From Nitrospirota bacterium (GTDB lineage: Bacteria > Nitrospirota > JACRHJ01), in the NCBI GenBank assembly GCA_963845245.1, contig CAWJRJ010000012.1:85339-149338 (forward strand): 64,000 nucleotides of DNA. Reading direction: 5' to 3'. The notes under the pieces were generated by a model. That model made no database searches. It was given only the letters and a program-made list of their open reading frames with translations, and had not been told where the DNA came from. Made by a program: the position numbers and the translations under genes. Positions 39,694 through 48,879 of this stretch are shown in pieces (position 1 is the stretch's first letter; every line of letters begins with the position of its first letter).

Positions 39694-40750
39694 CTATGGC
39701 CAGATCCCGGTCCCTTTGAGAAGGGCACGCAAACCAGAGAATAAAAGAAGGCCTATAACCATCCACTTAATGGCCTTCGGTTTCGATTTAGCAAGTATCT
39801 TGACTCCAACTATAGAGCCGAGCATTATCCCGACGAGTGACGGGACGACCATCATCGGCAGCACGGCGCCCTTGTTTATGAATATCCAGGCAGCCGAGGT
39901 GTCCGTGATGGATAGCAGGAATTTACTGGTAGCGACGGATATCTTGAGCGGGGCTCCCATCATGAGGTTTAAGTACCGGGACGTTGGCCCAACCGGCGCC
40001 CAGGCCGAACATGCCGGCCATGAAGCCGATCAGGACGAATGTCGCAAGGGCCTTCGGGGTGCGGTGTACCTGCCAATGCACGTCCTTGCCTATCGACTCC
40101 TCCCGGTAGAGGCCCATTATATGGAGCGACTTGGCCAGGCTGTCGGGTTGTGGCACGACGGGGAAGTCGGACTTCTTGGCGGTGGCCATTATTATCACGA
40201 TGAATATAATGGCTGAGCCCAGCATCATCTGGATTACGTCAGGCTTTAGCGCAAGCCCGACGAGTGCGCCGCCGATGGCCGCGGCCGAGGCGATAAGCGC
40301 GACCGGTATCGCCAGCCTGAGGCTGGCGAGGTTCCTTTTCAGAAGTCCGGGCCCGGCAGCGAGAGAACCCGCGAGGGCCACAAGAAGGCCCGCGCCCCTG
40401 ACGAAGTCGATATGGAACGGGAAGAAGCCACCTATTATAGGGACGTAGAGGACGCCGCCGCCAACCCCGCCCAGGACGGCGAGGATGCCCAGTACGAACG
40501 TTACCACAAACAGGGTAAGGGGCCATACCCACCATGCGGTGGTGGCCGCCGCCGCCGCGCCCTCGGGCGTCATGGCCGCACCGACAGCGGAGTTTGCCAT
40601 GCCGGCCATAGCGCCGCCGTGTTCGCCGACTGCAGGGACACCGCCCGTAGCAACATCAGGCGAAGCAAATGCCGCGCTGGCCGCAAGCATCACTACCATC
40701 AACGCCATTAAAGGCATTGCAGCTTTTAAAAATGTTTTTAGAGTTTTCAC
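39694..40750 (-). CDS. TauE/SafE family sulfite exporter; frameshift at ~39970
   Basis: GGVGGGVLYVP, GMFGLGAGWANVPVL(N), MGAPLKISVATS. Confidence 0.88.
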
Positions 40751-40886
40751 GATTTGTCTCCTCGAAATTGACCTTTCAACTCAAAATGAATGCGCCATCC
40801 CAGATAAACCGGTTATTCTTTTTTGCAGCCTCCTCCTTTAGTGGTTTTCGTTAAATTAGTTGATATTTGCAACATAGTAATTATCA

Positions 40887-40900
40887 TATCATTATAATGA
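40887..40900. promoter_or_regulatory. Putative GntR operator upstream of the tauE operon
   Basis: TATCATTATAATGA containing the palindrome TCATTATAATGA; identical copy at 41689-41702. Confidence 0.65.
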
Positions 40901-40902
40901 GA

Positions 40903-41639
40903 TCAGTGAAGCCTGGCGAACTCGGAGTTGAGCGTGAACCTGTCGCCCCTTGCCGTCGTCTTTGAATAAACGACCGTGAGGCCGCCAAATGCGGTGAATA
41001 CACGGTGTATTATCATACATGCCCCTGCAGACCTGGTGTTCAGGTGGGCTGACATGGAGCCGGGTTTCCCGACCTCGACGGTCTGGTTAACCTGCACGAT
41101 CTTTGGTGCCGAATTTTTCTTTAAGAAAATCAAAAACATAACCCGAATCAGGGTTCCAGTCCCTTATGGCCGGGCAGACCCCTATCGGTATATAAAGCTC
41201 ATTGACGAGCACCGGGACGCCCTGGGCTACCTGGAGCCTGCTAAGATAGAATATTTCACGGTCCAAAACAGGCCCAAGATGGCTCATAACGTCTTCATCA
41301 TTAAGGGAAAGTACCGCTTTGTCGATTATTTTGATCTGGCGGCCCTCTTCGGTCTGGAACACCCCCTCGACAAGGATGGTCTTCATCGGGATGCCCGAGC
41401 GCTGAGGTCCCTTGCCTGACGAAAGTGCCCTTGCCCTGGAGTTTCTCAAGGTAACCCTCGATCACAAGGTTGTTTATCGCTCTGCGTACGGTTATCTTGC
41501 TGACGTCGAAGCTCCTGCAGAGGTCCTCCTCCGTCGGTATCTGGCTTCCGGTCTGCCACTCCCCGGAATGTATCCTTGAGAGCAGGATATCGGTGAGCTG
41601 TATGTAGAGCTTCTCGTTGTCGAACCTGTCTATGTTCAT
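40903..41639 (-). CDS. GntR family (HutC/UTRA) transcriptional regulator; two frameshifts
   Basis: LYIQL, IPTEEDL, VSKITVRRA, QGKGTFV; UTRA-like C-terminus ending RGDRFTL. Confidence 0.88.
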
Positions 41640-41681
41640 CGCTAAATTTTCCAAAAGTGTTGTGTTATGCAACTAAAGTAA

Positions 41682-41710
41682 AAGATACTATCATTATAAT
41701 GAAACGTCAA
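41682..41710 (-). promoter_or_regulatory. gntR promoter with the operator in the -35/-10 spacer
   Basis: Minus strand TTGACG-tttcattataatgatag(17)-TATCTT. Confidence 0.65.
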
Positions 41711-41756
41711 TAGAAAAAATTGAAATTTTCAAAAAAAATCGTTAAAATGTTTTTCC

Positions 41757-42339
41757 ATGGAGCTGGAAGGCCGGGTAGAGGCATATTTCAGGGACATCGA
41801 CGACAAGGTGGCAGAGGCGCTGGGGAGGCTTGCCGCATCGGGCAGAATACCGCCCTGCGGGCCCGGATGCCACTGGTGCTGCTACCTGCCGGTGAGGGCT
41901 AGCGCGCCTGAGGCAGCCCTGATTGCGGCATACCTGGGTTCAAGCCTGACGAGGGACGGGCGTCTCGAACTCAAAAAAAGGCTTGAAGCCTGGCTCGGAT
42001 GGCAAAGGGAAGAGCTTCCCCGGCACATAACCGGGGCGGACGTCTCCAAGGCTTACCTGCTCCACGGACCTCCATGCCCGTTCCTGAACGGCGGCCTATG
42101 CGACATCTACCCGGTCAGGCCGATGGGCTGCCGGGTCCATTTCTCGTATCGACTCAATCAGATGCGGGCCCGATGCGCCCGTAGCCTCCATATTCGACCC
42201 GCCTCACATAGTCCAGGATGTCCTCGACGCCGTCAGGCCGTTATGCCTGAAATACCGGATGGACCTTCAGGACGCCGGTATCGACTTCGAGGGTTCCCTG
42301 AGGCTGCTGCCGGAACTCGTCCTTTCGCACATCTCCTGA
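41757..42339 (+). CDS. YkgJ family cysteine-cluster protein; frameshift at ~42147
   Basis: CGPGCHWCC, CPFLNGGLCDIYPVRPMGCR; corrected frame ends at TGA 42339. Confidence 0.85.
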
Positions 42340-42370
42340 CGCGATAATTTTCCCTCATACCGTTCCTTGC

Positions 42371-42400
42371 TTGACTTTAATATTAGAAATGTTATATAAA
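42371..42400 (+). promoter_or_regulatory. Promoter of cassette 1
   Basis: TTGACT-N18-TATAAA; similar to 44331-44359. Confidence 0.55.
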
Positions 42401-42450
42401 AGAACATGTGCAATCTCTAATATTATAATATTATATTATGGAGGCGACGT

Positions 42451-43050
42451 TTGAAAAAGTTGTTCGTGGTGGCGGGCATGATTGCGGTATCGGTTCTTTT
42501 CGGGCCGGGCAGTTCCGAGGCGGCGGATTCCTGGACCGTAAACGGGCCTGCCAAGGCCGCGAAGGTGGCTGTATCACTCACATATAATTCACCTGCCGGG
42601 ACAAAGACCGTCAATTATAAGCCGACCGGCTTCGAGATGAGGATCGAGCGCAAACCGGACCTGGATGATGGATACTTTCCGCTGATTTATACGAATGTTA
42701 AATTCAACGCCGGTAACGCGTCCCTTAATGCATCGATGACCGGCTCCGGCATAAAGACTGTGGCGACCACACTGGTAAACGCGACTGTCAATAACGAGCT
42801 TGAGAACAACAATGACGCGGATTACCCTGCGTTTGAATTCAAAGACACGACCACTGACGGCATGGAACTGTCGATGACCAGTGATGCAATGCTCACCTCG
42901 ACCGCGGAAGGCAGTTTTATGGAAAGAGGGGACATTATAGACGTCTCGATGAAATACACGGTCATGGGAACCGTAACGCTCAACAGCCTAGATTCCTACC
43001 CCGCCAAGATTATCATCTCTGTGACGGCGAAAGGTGTAGGTGGCGTATAG
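42451..43050 (+). CDS. Secreted single-domain protein A1 (unknown family)
   Basis: Signal peptide; homologous to A2 and A3 (DADYP.F.F.D, KYTVMGTV, YPAK). Confidence 0.75.
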   Translation: MKKLFVVAGMIAVSVLFGPGSSEAADSWTVNGPAKAAKVAVSLTYNSPAGTKTVNYKPTGFEMRIERKPDLDDGYFPLIYTNVKFNAGNASLNASMTGSGIKTVATTLVNATVNNELENNNDADYPAFEFKDTTTDGMELSMTSDAMLTSTAEGSFMERGDIIDVSMKYTVMGTVTLNSLDSYPAKIIISVTAKGVGGV

Positions 43051-44223
43051 ATGAAAAAAAATATCGTAGTATTGGTCACTGCCATTTTCCTCACCCTTCT
43101 GGCTACTGCAGCTACGGCATCTATAGAGATGTGGCGCAAAAGCGGGTCCGGCAAGCTTACTGCAACCCTTACGTATACTGACCAGATCACCGGCAAGAAG
43201 ACTATCAGAAGCTACGTAAACTACAGCGGCCTCAGTTCGAATTATATCGAAGTCCACCGGGACCCGGCCAACAACCATTTCCTGTTCAAGGTCAATACGG
43301 AGAATGACGACCCCAGCGGCATGACGGTCGACGTTTCGGCTGTCGGGAACGGTATCTCGAAATCGACTGGCGCCATTGAAGTGGTTTCAGCATGGGTGAA
43401 TACCCTGCCGGACTGCTCCATACGCCTTGCCGAAGGCGTTTCAATGGAAGCGGTCAAAGCTATAAAGATCACGAGCGACCTTTCATTAGGCCCATCGGAC
43501 CAATGCACCGGCCCTATATATCTGACTGCATCCGGGACGGTCAATTATTACGGGTCCAGGATTCCCGGCTGTATTACAATGACCGCGCCATTTAAGAACG
43601 CGCGGCCGTCGTCGAGTCCCTATGACTCGATAAGCAGGGGGTCGTCGGTTGCACTAAACCAGCCGCCCGAGATACTCAATGCAAACATCCCGGTTGTTAC
43701 GATACCTTTCGGCGGTACTACCGAGGTCTATATTCAACAATATATCAATGATGAGAATCCAGGCACCGTCACCATCGACTCGATCGGCACGAACTTGAAT
43801 GGAACCCCGGCGGGAAAAGGGACTTCGGTATTGAATTACACTGCCTCGGACGGGTTTACGGGCAGTGATTTTTGCAGCTTCACGGTTCAGGACGAACAAT
43901 ACGCGACGTCAAATACAGGCGTGGTTAATTTTTATATAGACCCGTTGACGGTCCCGGCGGCAATGGACCGGTTTATATTAAGTAAATCGACCGATGATTT
44001 TTCAGTAGCTATAGATAATATGCTCATCAGCAATTATGGTCCGGAACTTAATGTATCGATTAAGACCAAGCCCTCGCACGGCACTGCTACAGTAAACAAA
44101 GACGGCGGTGTCATCGGATATGTACCTTTCGGTAGTCAGGCGGAATTTGACTATTACACGTATAAAATCGACAGAGGCATGACTTGGGAAGATATCGGGA
44201 CAGTGGTAATAATCCCGTACTGA
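43051..44223 (+). CDS. Secreted protein B1: A-like domain plus Ig/cadherin-like (Big_9) repeats
   Basis: Signal peptide, ATLTYTD, YTASDGFTGSDFCSFTVQD, PSHGTATV. Confidence 0.75.
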   Translation: MKKNIVVLVTAIFLTLLATAATASIEMWRKSGSGKLTATLTYTDQITGKKTIRSYVNYSGLSSNYIEVHRDPANNHFLFKVNTENDDPSGMTVDVSAVGNGISKSTGAIEVVSAWVNTLPDCSIRLAEGVSMEAVKAIKITSDLSLGPSDQCTGPIYLTASGTVNYYGSRIPGCITMTAPFKNARPSSSPYDSISRGSSVALNQPPEILNANIPVVTIPFGGTTEVYIQQYINDENPGTVTIDSIGTNLNGTPAGKGTSVLNYTASDGFTGSDFCSFTVQDEQYATSNTGVVNFYIDPLTVPAAMDRFILSKSTDDFSVAIDNMLISNYGPELNVSIKTKPSHGTATVNKDGGVIGYVPFGSQAEFDYYTYKIDRGMTWEDIGTVVIIPY

Positions 44224-44330
44224 CAAACATTAATAGTACCATCAGGGCGTTTTGTTTTTACAGTCTTTCAAGACGTCTACCCAGTGCGTCCGATAGGCCG
44301 CTGCCGGGGTTTGTCCTGCGGTTTATCTCC

Positions 44331-44359
44331 TTGACTTAATATGAGCATCAGTGTATAAA
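44331..44359 (+). promoter_or_regulatory. Promoter of cassette 2
   Basis: TTGACT-N17-TATAAA; atggaggcg..TTG leader shared with cassette 1. Confidence 0.6.
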
Positions 44360-44410
44360 AATCATAAATAAGTTTGATTTGTAGGGGGATGTATAATAAT
44401 GGAGGCGCAG

Positions 44411-45089
44411 TTGAAAAAGCTTCTGGTAATCTCAATGTTTTTCGTAGTCTCGATTCTGTGCAAGCCAGGTATTTCGCGGGCGGCTCAATACATCAACTTT
44501 CTGGGCGTATTCGACAAATACTGCTTACACCGTTGCCCCAAAGTAAAAGTTACCGCAACGCTTACCTATACCGACATATCGGTGGCAAGACCATACGGTA
44601 TCTCTATAGACCTGTTTTGAAGAGTTTTACGGTAGAACGGAATATAGATTTAGTGCCTAGCAACATTGAGACATCCGTTGTAGTAACGAACTCCGCTGAT
44701 CCCGCTGTTACCGAAACATTGAGATTCGCTGCGTCCGCATCTGGCTCGGGTATGCAAACCGGTTCCAAATCGGATGTCACCTGCGCAATGGATAGTACGT
44801 TGGAGCCTATGTTTGATTTCTTCGATAAGATGATGATAAAGATGGCTAACATGATTATGTGATGGACGAGCCAAATATGATATCCCTTTCCGCCACAGGC
44901 AGCTTCACCGAAAACACCGTAACACCAAAAGTAACGCCACCAGCTATACCTACACCAATTAATGTTATCAGTGCTGCCGTCAAATATGTGGTCATGGGTA
45001 CTGTCAAAGTGAATAATAGCGACAGCCAGACGTATCCAGCAAAAATTGTTGTACAGATTACGGTTTCAAATATCCAGGCGGTGAACTAA
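44411..45089 (+). CDS. Secreted single-domain protein A2 (several frameshifts; error or pseudogene)
   Basis: Fragments in three ORFs: signal peptide + TATLTYTD; YRP..ASGSGMQTG; ATGSFTE..KYVVMGTV..YPAKIVVQ. Confidence 0.65.
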
Positions 45090-46568
45090 ATGAATAAAAT
45101 AATCTTCAGCATAGTATGTTCCTTCGTGTTTATCGTATCTCTGGCATCGCTGGGGCTTGCGTCAATATTGTGGAAGACAAATAATATCCCTAGGGCTAAA
45201 GTTTCGTTGAGTTACATTGACCCGACGTCAGGTTTACTTACTCTGAAGAATTTTTCCGGGGTCGGCCTGAATTATCTGGAGGTCAACCAGGACCTGAGTA
45301 ATAACTATCACTACGTTTTGCTGCATACTGAAAACTACAGTGACATGTTGGTTCAGCTTTCGGCAGTCGGCGGCGGTTTGTCAACGTCGAGGGGAACGGA
45401 GATAAATGGCATGTGGCGCAGTACGGGCCTGAATGAAAATACAATAAAATTTGGCTCGTTACTTCTGGATGCAGAGATGGTGGCGGATGATATACGCGCC
45501 GTGGTCATGACCGGGACCAACACGGCCAATAGCATGAACACAGGCAATCCGTCAATAACTATGGTTGCAGCGGGGTTGCTTACCATAGGACCTGACAAGA
45601 CGCCAGCTAAAGTTACTGTTCAGGTGAGCGCAAAAGGGGTCCCGGCTGTTATTGGAAATTATACTTCCATTGGCAGTGACTTTGTTGCGCACCCACCCTC
45701 TTTAAGTGGAGCGCCGATTGCGAGCAGCTTTTCACAAGACCTTACGTTTGGAGCGCCTGCCCCGGCAATCGACGTCATTGCGAATTCCCCCCACTATGAC
45801 AAACCCCTGACGGTTAATATACCGTCGGGTGGTGATGCATTATTAAACGGGACTTTAAGTCCTGGCACCGGTGCAGATGTAAACAAGATAATATATACCC
45901 CCAAGGAAGGTTTTTCCGGGAAAGACACATTTCAGTACAGGCTCATATCGGACCTGAGCCAATCCGATCCTGCGACTGTGACGGTTAATGTGGGTCCGAG
46001 GCCTCATGCAGTTTTGCAAAACTATACCACGACCAAAGACTCGATTGCCAAGGATTATGCGTATGCACCGGCAAGCGACTGGGACCCCACCATTTTTACT
46101 CCGACAGTCCCCGCCCTGAGCGATATGGGCGGCGCACTTTCAATTGATTCCGGAAAATTTAATTACAGCCCTGCTGCGGGTTTCGAGGGGACGGATTTCG
46201 TTACGTATACCCTGACGGACAAATTGTTAAGGACCATCACTGGCACGGCTATATTCGAGGTAAGGCCGCACGCCGTGGGCGACTCATTCACTTACTCCGT
46301 TGTTTCTAACACATTTACCCCGGCATTAACCACGGCGAACCTGCTGTCGAACGACAAGGGCAGCGGCCTGAGTGTAGGTGATGTGCTGAAGGTGGGTACT
46401 TTTGCTACTCCGGATCTTGTGACTCCACCGCCTGCGGCCAGTAATATTACATATGTCCCGATTTCACACACTAACGGGGATAAGGAGTACTTCGCGTATT
46501 CTATAAAAGACAACTCCGCTCCCGCGAAAATGAGTTCGGGGATCGTTACGATAATCATAGGCCCATGA
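45090..46568 (+). CDS. Secreted protein B2: A-like domain plus Ig/cadherin-like repeats
   Basis: YTPKEGFSGKDTFQY, YSPAAGFEGTDFVTYTLTD, PHAVGD..LLSND; close paralog of B3. Confidence 0.8.
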   Translation: MNKIIFSIVCSFVFIVSLASLGLASILWKTNNIPRAKVSLSYIDPTSGLLTLKNFSGVGLNYLEVNQDLSNNYHYVLLHTENYSDMLVQLSAVGGGLSTSRGTEINGMWRSTGLNENTIKFGSLLLDAEMVADDIRAVVMTGTNTANSMNTGNPSITMVAAGLLTIGPDKTPAKVTVQVSAKGVPAVIGNYTSIGSDFVAHPPSLSGAPIASSFSQDLTFGAPAPAIDVIANSPHYDKPLTVNIPSGGDALLNGTLSPGTGADVNKIIYTPKEGFSGKDTFQYRLISDLSQSDPATVTVNVGPRPHAVLQNYTTTKDSIAKDYAYAPASDWDPTIFTPTVPALSDMGGALSIDSGKFNYSPAAGFEGTDFVTYTLTDKLLRTITGTAIFEVRPHAVGDSFTYSVVSNTFTPALTTANLLSNDKGSGLSVGDVLKVGTFATPDLVTPPPAASNITYVPISHTNGDKEYFAYSIKDNSAPAKMSSGIVTIIIGP

Positions 46569-46600
46569 TAATTGTTATGTTATCAGGTATTTAATTTCAG

Positions 46601-46628
46601 AGGCGGCCCCAAAACGGGCCGCCTTTTT
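46601..46628 (+). terminator. Terminator of cassette 2
   Basis: AGGCGGCCC-N6-GGGCCGCCT followed by Ts. Confidence 0.75.
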
Positions 46629-46742
46629 CGGCTGTATTAAATATAAGGAAATTAAGGTCGGAGTGTGGTACGATACCGGCACGATAGTTATTAATCATAC
46701 GCCTTGATATAGATCGTTTCACCCGCAGTAAGGAGGTATAAG

Positions 46743-47335
46743 ATGAAGCATGTTGGCCTGTTCGTGTTATTAACTTTCTGCTTGCCATGCCGTTTGGCTC
46801 GCAGGCGCTGGCCGAAGAAGTATGGCCGTCGGTTATGACCGGTCTCAAGGCAACCGCGACCCTTACCTATACCGACACCGGCATGGGGACGACAGTGACG
46901 AAGAAGTATAAACCCGCTGTCAGTAATTTCAAGATCTCCAGAGGCTATGCCGCAGATGAAAGCGACCACAGGACTACCGTCACTTTAGCGGATACTCTCG
47001 GCGACCTGTCAATCACCGCATCCACGTTCGGTACCGGTATACCTACCGGGCTGAAGACGGAAGTAATTGGTGTTTGGAACAAAGACCAGGAGGACGCTGA
47101 TTACCCGCCTTTTTCATTCAGCGATACGCTGAATGGCATATCAATGGACAATGCGGCCATGATATCTGTTTCGTCCCAGGGGACGTACACCGAAAACCTC
47201 AAAGACACGACGATCGTAACGTCGATTAAATACACTATAATGGGTACGGTCACGGTTGCGGCCACAGGCGACACATTCCCCGCAAAGCTCGTGGTCCAGT
47301 TGACAGGGTCCAAACTTCTGAAGGTGGCGCCATGA
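46743..47335 (+). CDS. Secreted single-domain protein A3 (frameshift in the signal peptide)
   Basis: GGAGG RBS + ATG 46743 (MKHVGLFVLL); body ATLTYTD, YKP, DADYPPFSFSD, KYTIMGTV, FPAKLVVQ. Confidence 0.75.
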
Positions 47336-48768
47336 AGAAACATCTTGTCGGCATAGTTTTAACCTTGGCTCTTATCCTTGGCCTTGCGTCGCTAGGGCTT
47401 GCGTCGATGGTGTGGAAGACCAACGCCATACCCACTATAAAGGTGTCGTTAAGTTATGTTGACCCGCCCTCGGGCACAACGGTCCTGAGGAATTTTTCCG
47501 GGGTCGGCCTGAATTATCTGGAGATAAACCGGGACATGAACAATAACAACCACTACGTGCTGCTGCATACCGAGAACTACAGCAACATGCAGGTCGAGCT
47601 TTCGACGGTCGGCGGCGGTCTGTCAACGTCCAAGGGCACGGAGATAAACGGCACCTGGCGTACCGGCCTGACAGACAATGTAATAAACTTCGGCGTTATA
47701 CCCGCAGATATGGCGGTGAGTGATATACACGCTGTTTCCATGACCGGGACATACACAGTCAACAACCTGAACGCCAGCAGTCCGACTATAACGATGACCG
47801 CGGCGGGGCTGCTTAACCTTTCAGGTAAGAGGATTCCCGCCAAGGTAACAGTCACGGCCAGCGCTAAAGGTATCCCGTCGGCGCTTGGCAATTATACTTC
47901 CATTGGTAGTGACTTTATAGCGCACCCGCCTTCGGTGAGCGGCGCGCCGATTGCGAGCAGCTTTTCACAAAGCTTTGCGTTTGGTGCGATTGTACCCCCG
48001 ATCGATGTAATCGCCAATTCTCCCAACTACGGCGACCCACTGACGGTGGACATACCGTCGGGCGGGGGGGCGTTGAACGGGACTGCCGTTCTAGGCACCG
48101 GTGTAAACTTAAACAAAATAGTGTACACGCCGAATGAAGGTTTTTCTGGAAAAGACACCTTTAGTTACAAGTTTATTTCCGGACTGTTCCAATCCAATAT
48201 CGCGACAGTGACGGTTAACATAGGACCTGCGAGGCCGAAGCCTTATGCGGCATTGCAGGACTTCAATTCGATACCCAAAGACTCCAATGCCGCTGACCAT
48301 TCGCCGGTAGCTGACTGGGATCCCGCCATTTTTACCTTGTCGGTCCCCACCAAGAGCGATATGGGCGGTGCACTTTCTATGGATGTAGACAAGATTAATT
48401 ACAAACCGGTGGCCGGTTTCGACGGGACAGATACCGCCAAGTATACCCTGACAGACAAACTTGGCAGGACCATCACCGGGACCGCCTTATTCGAGGTGAC
48501 TCCGCACGCTGTTGGCGACTACATCGAGAGCGCCGGGGGAGTATCGAAGACAGTTACATCCGATTCCCTCCTGTCAAACGATAGCGCAGGGGCGGTATTT
48601 GATAATGCGTACTCGATACCTGGGTATGGGACAGTAAATGTTTCCGGGGGCAATATAACCTATTACCCCACTACCTCATCACCGTCTACGGAATATTTTG
48701 CGTATACCATAAAGGACAGCACGACAGGTAAGAAGAGTATCGCCCTGGTGACGGTAAAAATAAAGTAG
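47332..48768 (+). CDS. Secreted protein B3: A-like domain plus Ig/cadherin-like repeats
   Basis: YTPNEGFSGKDTFSY, YKPVAGFDGTD, PHAVGD..LLSND. Confidence 0.8.
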   Translation: MKKHLVGIVLTLALILGLASLGLASMVWKTNAIPTIKVSLSYVDPPSGTTVLRNFSGVGLNYLEINRDMNNNNHYVLLHTENYSNMQVELSTVGGGLSTSKGTEINGTWRTGLTDNVINFGVIPADMAVSDIHAVSMTGTYTVNNLNASSPTITMTAAGLLNLSGKRIPAKVTVTASAKGIPSALGNYTSIGSDFIAHPPSVSGAPIASSFSQSFAFGAIVPPIDVIANSPNYGDPLTVDIPSGGGALNGTAVLGTGVNLNKIVYTPNEGFSGKDTFSYKFISGLFQSNIATVTVNIGPARPKPYAALQDFNSIPKDSNAADHSPVADWDPAIFTLSVPTKSDMGGALSMDVDKINYKPVAGFDGTDTAKYTLTDKLGRTITGTALFEVTPHAVGDYIESAGGVSKTVTSDSLLSNDSAGAVFDNAYSIPGYGTVNVSGGNITYYPTTSSPSTEYFAYTIKDSTTGKKSIALVTVKIK

Positions 48769-48781
48769 AGCTATCCGCATG

Positions 48782-48811
48782 AAAAAGGCGGCCCCAACGG
48801 GCCGCCTTTTT
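48782..48811 (+). terminator. Terminator of cassette 3
   Basis: AAAAAGGCGGCCC-caac-GGGCCGCCTTTTT. Confidence 0.8.
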
Positions 48812-48843
48812 CATTATAAACGCTTTATAAACGCCTTGCCTTA

Positions 48844-48872
48844 TTGACACCCTCCCCGCCTTCCTCTACAAT
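48844..48872 (+). promoter_or_regulatory. Promoter of dinG (probably leaderless)
   Basis: TTGACA-N17-TACAAT, 7 nt before ATG 48880. Confidence 0.7.
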
Positions 48873-48879
48873 CAGACTC

